Shown here piece by piece: positions 56,208 to 64,000 of a stretch of DNA of 64,000 bases (position 1 is the first letter of the stretch; each line of letters opens with the position of its first letter). Both the position numbers and the translations under genes were made by a program. The notes under the pieces are model-generated. The model had not been told where the DNA came from, made no database searches, and saw nothing but the letters and a program-made list of their open reading frames with translations. The stretch is from Blastocladiella emersonii ATCC 22665 (Eukaryota > Fungi > Blastocladiomycota). Location of the stretch: positions 1,798,001 through 1,862,000 of the forward strand of contig JANHCV010000001.1 of NCBI GenBank assembly GCA_025594325.1, read 5' to 3'.

Positions 56208-57416
56208 TTAGCAGCACATGTCGCCGTGGTCCATGCCGCCGAGCTCGGCGCCCGTCGCGTGGATGCCGTCGAGGGCGAGGCCCGTGAGGTCAAAGCCAGC
56301 CGGGAGGTCGGCCGAGCCATCGCCGTTCACATCCGTGTTGGCGTCGACGAGACCGTCGCCGTCCTGGTCGAGGTTCTGCGTGAGGTTGCCGTTGCGGTCG
56401 TAGACGCCGACCGTGACCGAGCCGTCGTCGTTGGCGTGCAGCTGCGTCTCGTAGTAGCCGTCGCCGTCCGCGTCGTAGGCCGCCATGGTCAGGTTGCCGT
56501 CGGCGTCGAACCGCGCAGCCGCGTCCTGCGACCCGTCGCCGGTCACGTCGCCCTCGAGCTGCACCGACCCGTCGGCCGACGTGTACGCGATCACGTTGGC
56601 GGTGCCGTCGCCGTCCGTGTCGACCGAGCGGATCTCGGCGCCGCCCTGGAACCGCTCGATGTGCACCTCGTTGCCGTCAATGATCTCGACCGCCACGGCC
56701 GAGCCAATGTCGCCGACCTCGGCCGACGCGTCGCGGGCCGCGTCCTCGGCAGGCGCGAAGGCCGGCTCGTACAGCAGCTCGGTGCGGTTGGCCGCCACGT
56801 TGGCGAACTGCGTGTCGCTGCCGTCGGCCTGGTCGATGAGGTTGGCGGCCTCGGCCCAGGTGATGCCCGGGTTGTTGGCGAGCACCTCGGCAATGGCGTT
56901 GGTGAAGAGCGAGCCGTTGGCGGTGGCGCCCGACAGCTCGGTCGACGAGCACGACGACAGGACCACGAGGTTGCCGGCAATGTCGGCGTCGCTGAAGTCG
57001 AGGTCGACGATCGTGCCCGACTGGCACGAGTCGTACACCATGGTCATGTTGGCGCCCTCGGGCAGGTCGGCCATGATCGCGCGGATCTCGTCGTCGGTGA
57101 TGGGCCCGTCGGCGGCGTAGATGGCCTCGTCCTGGCCGTCGGCCTCGTCGCCGTTCCTGTCGGCGACCTGGCCGCCGTGGCCCGAGAACGAGAACATGAG
57201 CGTGTCTCCGGGCTCGGCCTGGGCCACCATGTCGCGGAGGCTCTGCAGGATGTCCTCGCGGGTGACGGGCGCATCGGTGTCGGTGACGGTCTGGACGTTG
57301 TCGATGCCCATGCCGCACGCCACGTTGGTCATGGTGTTGGCGTCGATGTCGCAGCCCGACAGCGGGTTGTCGGTGCCGGCGTAGTTGAGGCCAAAGCAAA
57401 CTGCGGCGTTAACCAT
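56208..57416 (-). CDS. Metacaspase (peptidase C14B) fused to a C-terminal Dx[DN]xDG repeat region
   Basis: FGLNY...LSGCDIDA, catalytic His in FSFSGHGGQ..D.NGDE.DG.DEAI, catalytic Cys in YDSCQSGTIVDL, p10 VVLSSC...GSLFTNA. Then DTDGDG, DVTGDG, DADGN, DADGDG, DRNGN, DQDGDG and DVNGDG. Intronless, 402 aa from ATG at 57416. Confidence 0.9.
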   Translation of the reverse strand: MVNAAVCFGLNYAGTDNPLSGCDIDANTMTNVACGMGIDNVQTVTDTDAPVTREDILQSLRDMVAQAEPGDTLMFSFSGHGGQVADRNGDEADGQDEAIYAADGPITDDEIRAIMADLPEGANMTMVYDSCQSGTIVDLDFSDADIAGNLVVLSSCSSTELSGATANGSLFTNAIAEVLANNPGITWAEAANLIDQADGSDTQFANVAANRTELLYEPAFAPAEDAARDASAEVGDIGSAVAVEIIDGNEVHIERFQGGAEIRSVDTDGDGTANVIAYTSADGSVQLEGDVTGDGSQDAAARFDADGNLTMAAYDADGDGYYETQLHANDDGSVTVGVYDRNGNLTQNLDQDGDGLVDANTDVNGDGSADLPAGFDLTGLALDGIHATGAELGGMDHGDMCC

Positions 57417-57497
57417 TTTTGATGATGTGTGCAAGATGAGCTACGTTGGATGGGATGGGTGGAGAGAGAGAGGAGAGGTAGCGGGGAGGTCGGCGCG

Positions 57498-57505
57498 CTT
57501 TATAG
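57498..57505 (-). promoter_or_regulatory. TATA-like box upstream of the metacaspase gene
   Basis: Minus-strand CTATAAAG about 85 nt upstream of the ATG, embedded in GC-rich DNA. Confidence 0.4.
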
Positions 57506-58121
57506 TCGCCGGCCGCCCCACGCTTTGCGGCACACCCGCCGCGCGCCGTTTCGTCTGCGTCTCCGTAGAAACGCCACCGAGCGAAACGCGTCGCGGCGCG
57601 CGGTCCGCCGGTGCCGCTGCCGCAGCTCGGGGCTCAGGGTCCTCACGCTGGGATCCGCGTCACTCGCAAAGTGTCCCTCCCGCCCACCCGACGATGGCCG
57701 GCGGCGAGCGTGCGTCAGGACCGGGCAGGAGGGTGCGAACGGAGCTCCTCGCTCGAGGGCCGCTCGATCAGGTCGTCGCAGACGGTGGACGGGGAGGATC
57801 AGCGGAGGCGAGAGCGACGATCGCTCCAGCCATCGGTGTGTCTGAGCCGTCCGTCCAGTCAGGGCAGTGCACGCGATGAGGACAGCAGCAGTGAGAGCCC
57901 GCCCATCTCGCGCGAGCGCCGTCGTCGCCGTGCAGCCCAGCAGGCAGTAGGGAGCGTCAGCGGGTGCGGGTACCGCGTCCGCTGCGGCATTGGGTGGCGC
58001 GAAGCAGCGCGCGAAGCGACAAGCTCGCGGCGGTCGCGTCGATGACGACGTTAACGCGCGCCTCTGAGCCCATGCATCGTTTGCTCGCGCCGTGACTTCT
58101 TGCAACGTACCCGACCCGACC

Positions 58122-59708
58122 ATGCGATTCACGGCGGCCGAGTGCGCGCTCTTCTTCACGTCCGACGAGGACTGTCCGTCGCACTCGCACGACGCACAGG
58201 TTGGTCTCACCGCGCCCTCCCCATCGCGACTTCCGAGCGGGCACTGACCAGCCTGACGTGAGCGTAGGCCGAGGTCGAGGAGCTCATCTACGGCGAGTAC
58301 CTGGCGGCGCTGCGCAAGGCGCGGTCCGCGACCGCCTCGCGTGTCGCTTCACCGACCGACGAGTCCGACGGGGCCGGCACCCGCCGCTCCGATGCGACCG
58401 ACGCCGAAGACGGCTCCGACCCGCTCCTCCTGCGCCGCGCGCGGCACCAGCGGTACGTGCAGCGCAACGCGGACGCGCTGCCGGCGTACATGTCGGCGCT
58501 GAGCGCGTCGCGCCCGTGGCTCGTGTACTGGCTGCTGCACGCGCTGGACCTGCTGTCGGCGGACCACGGCCTGCCCGAGGCGCTGCGGCTGCGCGCCGCG
58601 ACCACGGTGCTGCGGTTCCAGCAGCGCGCGACGGGCGGGTTCGGCGGCGGGCTCGGCCAGATCGCGCACCTCGCGCCGACGTACGCCGCGGTCCACGCGC
58701 TCGCGATCACGCGTGAGCCCGACGCGTGGAAGGCGATCGATCGGCGCGCCATGTACCGGTTCTTCATGAGGATGAAGCAGAACGACGGGTCGTTTCGCGT
58801 CTCGGACGGCGGCGAGGTTGATCTGCGGTGCGTCCCGCAGTCATAGCGAGGTATGGGCCGAGAACTGACGCGTGCGTGTGCCTGCAGCGGCATGTACTGT
58901 GCGCTGACGGTCGCGCGGATTCTCGGGATCATGACGCCCGAGCTCACGGCCAACTGCATCGACTTCATCGTCAAGTACGCGTCGATCGCTGCTCTATCAG
59001 CCGGCTCGCACTGATCCCTCGTCGTCCTCCTGTTCAGGTGCCAGGCATACGACGGCGGCCTCGCCGCATCACCCGGCCTCGAGGCGCACGGCGGGTACAC
59101 GTTCTGCGGCCTAGCCACGGCGATCCTGCTGGGCGAGGCGGACAAGCTCAACCTCCCCGCGCTCCTCGGGTGGGCGGTGCGGCGACAGATGCCGCTCGAG
59201 GGCGGGTTCCAGGGTCGGCCGAACAAGCTCGTGGACGGGTGCTACTCGTGGTGGGTGGGTGGGATCTTTGCGATGCTGGACGTGGCCATGCCCGCGGCTT
59301 CCCCCACCTCCGCCCGGCCGAGCGACGCGTGGGACCGCGAGGCGCTGCAAGAGTACATTCTGGTCGCGGCGCAGAACGAGCTCGGCGGGCTCATCGACAA
59401 GCCGGGCAAGTCGCCCGACCAGTACCACACGTGCTACGTGCTCAGCGGGCTGTCGGCGGCGCAGCACCAGTTCGACGCGCGCAGCGGCGAGTACGGGCTC
59501 GAGTTTGTCACGCGCGAGGAGCTGCATATCACCGGGCCCGTGGGGAACCTGCTGGTACGTCTTGTTGCTCGCTGCGGACGCAGGACAGCGCTGACGACGA
59601 GACGTGTAGCACCCGACCGACCCGATCCACAACGTCCGGCCCGCCGCGCTGCACGCCATGCTGCGGTACTTTGCCGAGCGGCCCATCGACCCGACCTCGC
59701 TCGAATAG
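58122..59708 (+). CDS. RAM1: Protein farnesyltransferase beta subunit
   Basis: ASRPWLVYWLLHAL, GGFGGG.GQ.AHLAPTYAAV, GGEVDLR, EAHGGYTFCGLA, EGGFQGRPNKLVDGCYSWW, LIDKPGK..D.YHTCY.LSGLS and HNV. About four introns. Confidence 0.95.
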
Positions 59709-59769
59709 CTGACCCAGAAAAGCGATGCGGTTGAAGATACATTCCCATTACCCATATACACATGTGACA

Positions 59770-61626
59770 TTACATGAACACGACGCTCGACCGCGGCCGG
59801 CTGAACACCTCCGCAAACTCCTCCTCGAGCCCGGACGTCTTGGCGCCGACGCCGAGCGCGGCCGCGACCTCGAGCCCGCGGTCGGCGGCCCACTGCGCGA
59901 GCGCCATATGCCCGCGCGCGCGCGCCGTCTTCATGAGCCACTTGAGATTGTGCGGCACATCGCCGTTCCACGCCATAGCCGCAGTCAACGCGGCCTCGCC
60001 CTGCGCAGCAGCCTCGCGGTGGACCGCGGCGAGCAGCGCGTAGTTGGCGGCGACCAGGTACACGGTCGCGGGGAGGTGCAGGTCGCGGTCGAGCGCGTCC
60101 GAGTCGAAGAACAGGATCTGCTTGACGGCGTCGTAGATGAGCGTGTGCGCGGGGCTCAGCGCCGCGCGCCCGTCGACCGTGAGCACCGCCGCGACGGACG
60201 GGTGCTGCGCCACGTCCTGCGCCAGCACGTCGACGAGCGCAGTGTACGTCAGCGTGTCGTCGGCGGGCGCGGGAAGGTTGTGTGCGACAATGTCCAGGAT
60301 CTGCGACAGTGCGGCTAGGCGGTCTTCGGGGTCGCCACACAGCCGGTCTTCCGCGGCGGCCACGGCGGCGGCGGGAGCCACGGTCGCGCCGCACGACTGG
60401 CACACGACGTCGCCCGCGGTCGTCGCGGATTCGCGGAGCTGGATCCGCAGCGCGGGACCCTCCTCGTCGTCGTCCTGGTCCTCGTCGTCGCTGTACGGCT
60501 CCTCGACAACGCTCACGTCGCTCGCAGCGACCGCGGGCCCGACGGGCGCGGCGATCCCAACCTTGCACTCGGGGCACGCGACGGCGCGAGCGACGTCGGG
60601 GACGGGCCCCGCGCACATGTCGCAGTTGCACAGGAAGCCGCGGCGGGTGAGGTTGGTGCGTCGAACGGAGGCGGCGAGGAACGAGTTTTCCTGGTACGAG
60701 ATGGTGATGGGGTCGCCCTTGGCGATCGGGCGGACGGCCGAGAAGAGCAGGTGGGTGGTCGCGGTCGGGTCGACGGGGGTGCCGTCGCGCGCCTTGGGCG
60801 GGAAGAAGCAAACTTGGGCGTTGGGCAGGCACGAGTGGTCGGGCATCGAGGCCAGGAGCGACAGGACGCAGTGCTCCTCGTCGAGGTCGTCATCAGCGTG
60901 CTCGTCGCCGTCGGCGGACTGGCGGGCGGAGGCGGTGCGCAGCGGCGAGTCGGCGCCAAAGTCCTCGGAGTGCACGTTGGTCTCGACCATGTCGAGCAGC
61001 GTGAGCAGCGTGTCCTGGGTCGGCATCGGGGCGACCATCTTGGTGGCGCGGCGCTGCAGGCGCTTCTTGATCTTGTCGCGGAACACCTTGATGCCGCGGG
61101 CGTACCCGGCGCGGCGCGCGGCGTTGATGCGGACGGCGAGCGGCGACGCCATGCCGTCGGTCGACAGCGTGTCGAGCATGAGGGCGTGGGCGCGGGCGAC
61201 GGGCAGCGTCGGCGCGTACACGGCGCGCGCAATGTACTCGAAGAGCAGCCGCTGGTAGTCGGGGGCGATGCGGCACTCGTCAAAGGCGAGCGGCGTGAAC
61301 TCGCGGGCCACGGCGTGCGCCGTGTCGAGCAGCGCGGGCTCCGAGAAGAGGACCTGGCCGGGCACAAAGTCCTTGGCGGCGACCAGCACGCGGTCGGTCC
61401 GGTCCGGCGATGGGTGCGCCTGCACCACGACCAGGTCCGCGTACGGCGCGAGGTACTCGGCGAGCGACTGCGCGGGCGGGATGTCGGCGGTCATTGCATC
61501 AGCTGCGTCAAGGTGGAAGGGGTGGTGGGCCGAGGCGAGCGCGCAGAGAGCGTCGATCGAGTCGGCGGGGCCCGTGGCGACCATGGCGGGATGTTGGTGG
61601 TCGGTGGTCGGTGGCGGTGGCGGCAC
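59770..61626 (-). CDS. SMYD/Set5-like SET-domain methyltransferase
   Basis: N-SET RVLVAAKDFVPGQVLFSEP, SMPDHSCLPNA, AVRPIAKGDPITISY, post-SET FLCNCDMC, extra CPEC/CQSC pair and helical C-terminus. Start codon uncertain. Confidence 0.82.
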   Translation of the reverse strand: MPPPPPTTDHQHPAMVATGPADSIDALCALASAHHPFHLDAADAMTADIPPAQSLAEYLAPYADLVVVQAHPSPDRTDRVLVAAKDFVPGQVLFSEPALLDTAHAVAREFTPLAFDECRIAPDYQRLLFEYIARAVYAPTLPVARAHALMLDTLSTDGMASPLAVRINAARRAGYARGIKVFRDKIKKRLQRRATKMVAPMPTQDTLLTLLDMVETNVHSEDFGADSPLRTASARQSADGDEHADDDLDEEHCVLSLLASMPDHSCLPNAQVCFFPPKARDGTPVDPTATTHLLFSAVRPIAKGDPITISYQENSFLAASVRRTNLTRRGFLCNCDMCAGPVPDVARAVACPECKVGIAAPVGPAVAASDVSVVEEPYSDDEDQDDDEEGPALRIQLRESATTAGDVVCQSCGATVAPAAAVAAAEDRLCGDPEDRLAALSQILDIVAHNLPAPADDTLTYTALVDVLAQDVAQHPSVAAVLTVDGRAALSPAHTLIYDAVKQILFFDSDALDRDLHLPATVYLVAANYALLAAVHREAAAQGEAALTAAMAWNGDVPHNLKWLMKTARARGHMALAQWAADRGLEVAAALGVGAKTSGLEEEFAEVFSRPRSSVVFM

Positions 61627-62101
61627 GGGAGCGGTTGCTGTGGCTCGGCTCGCGGCCTACGCGTCGGCGGAGGTCAGTTTGCCGCTTCTCCCCCAACTCT
61701 TGGGCTAGCGCGCTACATACAGAAGGATCAGCGGAGGAACCGATGTGCTGTGGCGAGAGCGGAGAGAGGAGGCGGCTCAGCGACGGCGACGTGGAGGGGG
61801 GCGACCCCGCCCGGTCCCTGCATCAGGGGTGCAGCTCGGCGACCAGGCGCCCGGCTCTCGGCCATGGCCGCCGCCCACGCGGGGCCGATGGCGGCGAACG
61901 AGTGGTGCGGCCATTTGTCATGAGGCGAAGCCAGGGCGTGCATGTGCAGTGGTGCAGCACGCGCCGCGCCGCTCGCCGCCACACCCGCGCGCTCCGCCGC
62001 CGCTGGCCCCGCGAACACGCCGCGCTCACGCTGGTCTCAGCGATGATGGCACGGCGGACCGCCCCACTCCATGCATCTTGAGCCGTGACGGAATCACCAC
62101 C

Positions 62102-62901
62102 ATGGGTCAGGTCCTCAGCAGCAGCGGGAAACCCAAGGCGCTGCCGCACGACAAGGCCGTGTTCGAGCTGAAGCGGCAGCGCGACAACCTGCGCAAGTAC
62201 CAGGCCCAGCTGTCGCGCATCGTCGACCGCGAGACGGCCATTGCGCGCAAGTGCCTCGCCGCGGGCGACAAGCGCCGCGCGCTGCTCGCCCTGCGCAAGA
62301 AAAAGTACCAGGAGCAGCTGCTCGAAAAGTCGGACAAGCAGCTGTGCAACCTCGAGGAGATGGCCGCGTCCATCGAGTACGCGGCGCTCGAGGCCCAGAT
62401 CCTGACCGGGCTCGAGCAGGGGAACGCCGCCCTCGCCGAGCTCAACAAGGAGACGTCGCTCGACCGCGTCGACAAGATCATGGAGGAGACGGCCGAGGCC
62501 ATGGAGTACCAGCGGGTCCGCGTTCATCTTGTGTTCGCAGTGTCGCCCGTGATGCTGACCTTGACGCCGCCGCTCGTCACAGGAAATCGAGGAGATGCTC
62601 GGCACCAAGCTCTCGGAAGAGGACGAGGCCGCCGTCCTCGCCGAGCTCGCCGCCATCGAGACCGAGCAGGCCCTCGACCTCGAGCACGCCATGCCCGCCG
62701 TCCCCGTCACGCCGCTCCCCGAAGCCGTCGCGACGACCGAGCCCGAGCAGCCGCAGGTCGAGGCCACGACGGCAGCGGCGCAGAAGCCGGCCAAGGTCGC
62801 CGCTGGTCGGCAAAAGAACGAGGGTACGCTTTCTTCGTGGTCTCACCTCGCGCGACGCGATCGATCCTGACGAGCTCCCTGCTTTAGCTATGCCGGCGTA
62901 G
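62102..62901 (+). CDS. VPS20: ESCRT-III subunit Vps20/CHMP6
   Basis: N-terminal MG myristoylation site, DKAVFELKRQRDNL, ALLALRKKKYQEQLL, LEQGNAAL, V.KIMEETAEAMEYQR|EIEEML. Two introns; ends NEAMPA*. Confidence 0.93.
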
Positions 62902-63018
62902 CGACAAAACGTGTCGACCAGTCGCCTCGCGACGACGTGACGACGAGATATTGTATGATATACACGCGCAAAACACACACACGGGAGACGGGCACAACGG
63001 CCCAGCGGTAGAGAAACC

Positions 63019-63897
63019 TTAGGCGTGAGTGAAGTTGGGCTTGCGCTTCTCGGCAAAGGCCTTCATGCCCTCCTTCTGGTCCTTGGTGCCGAACGTGGCC
63101 TGGAACAGGCGGCGCTCAAAGTGGAGGCCCTCGGCGAGCGTGAGCTCGTACGACTTGTTGACGGCCTCCTTGGCCATCTGCGACGCCACCTGCGAGTAGT
63201 CGGCAATCTGCTCGCCGAGCTTGACGGCCTCGTCGACGACCGTGTCGGCGGGGAACACCTTGGACACGAGGCCGGCGCGCTCCGCCTCCTCGGCCGACCA
63301 CATGTTACCCGAAAGCACGAGCTCCATGGCCTTGGACTTGCCCACGGCCTTGACGAGGCGCTGGGTGCCGCCGGCGCCCGGGATGGTGCCGAGCTTGATC
63401 TCGGGCTGGCCGAACTTGGCGTTGTCGCCGGCGTAGATGATGTCGCACATCATGGCCAGCTCGCACCCGCCGCCGAGCGCGAACCCCTGCACCGCCGCGA
63501 TGATGGGCTTGCGCACCGTGGTGATCTCGGTCCAGTGGCCCAGGAAGTTGGTCTTGTAGTTAGTCACAAATTCGGTGTCGGCCATCTCCTTGATGTCGGC
63601 GCCCGCCGCAAACGCCTTGTACCCGCCCGTCAGGACGACGGCGCCGACCTTGGGGTCGTTGTCGAGCGCGCGCATCGCGTCGTTGAGCTCGTGGAACAGG
63701 CCCGAGCACAGCGCGTTGAGCGCCTTGGGACGGTGCAGCTGAACGACGCCGACCTTGCCGGAAGCCGAGTACGACACCTTGAGGTACTCCCACTGGCGCG
63801 CGGCCAGGTTCGACTCGGCGCGCACGGGCGTCATGCGGGCAACGCCGCCCGAGGCGCGCACCGAGCGCATGGTGGTCGAGGCGAGGCGCGAGAGCAT
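63019..63897 (-). CDS. ECHS1: Mitochondrial short-chain enoyl-CoA hydratase (crotonase, ECHS1-like)
   Basis: Mitochondrial presequence, [67 protein letters not shown]. Confidence 0.95.
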   Translation of the reverse strand: MLSRLASTTMRSVRASGGVARMTPVRAESNLAARQWEYLKVSYSASGKVGVVQLHRPKALNALCSGLFHELNDAMRALDNDPKVGAVVLTGGYKAFAAGADIKEMADTEFVTNYKTNFLGHWTEITTVRKPIIAAVQGFALGGGCELAMMCDIIYAGDNAKFGQPEIKLGTIPGAGGTQRLVKAVGKSKAMELVLSGNMWSAEEAERAGLVSKVFPADTVVDEAVKLGEQIADYSQVASQMAKEAVNKSYELTLAEGLHFERRLFQATFGTKDQKEGMKAFAEKRKPNFTHA

Positions 63898-64000
63898 CTT
63901 GAGACTTGGTAGCAGTGGTCGATCCGTCGCAGATGAAGGTCGTCTGAGGAGAGCGGGGACCGACGAGCGAAGGCCGCGCGTATTTGTACGCGTTCTCGGC

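Noticed and set aside
1-64000. Bacterial (actinobacterial-like GC) origin of the window
   Set aside because: Numerous spliceosomal introns and eukaryote-specific genes (TAF6, SEC31, VPS20, RAM1) show it is eukaryotic.

Overview
Gene-dense, very GC-rich eukaryotic (fungal) genomic DNA with about 30 protein-coding genes and two tRNA-Gly(CCC) genes. Introns are short and spliceosomal (mostly GTACG/GTGCG/GTGAG donors, CTGAC/CTCAC-type branch sites, YAG acceptors). RIT1, VTC1, a WSC protein, a CE4 domain and a Kre9/Knh1-like GPI protein point to a fungus. A PPP2R3C-like gene suggests a zoosporic lineage (Blastocladiomycota or chytrid; inference). Most genes are housekeeping: TAF6, SEC31, SRP9, VPS20, RAM1, enoyl-CoA hydratase, beta-carbonic anhydrase, a NIMA kinase and two ceramide synthases. 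No CRISPR, rRNA or recognisable transposon was found. The most unusual items are: (1) an intronless, prodomain-less, lysine-free metacaspase fused to an array of Dx[DN]xDG Ca2+-binding-type loops; (2) an E2(UBC)-F-box-TerD fusion protein; (3) a multi-pass membrane class I cyclic-nucleotide phosphodiesterase; (4) an orphan 7TM receptor-like protein; (5) a catalytically degenerate, apparently doubly anchored CE4 protein; (6) a bacterial-type SulP; and (7) a 5'-truncated acyl-CoA synthetase. All family assignments are from motif recognition by eye; no database searches were run.
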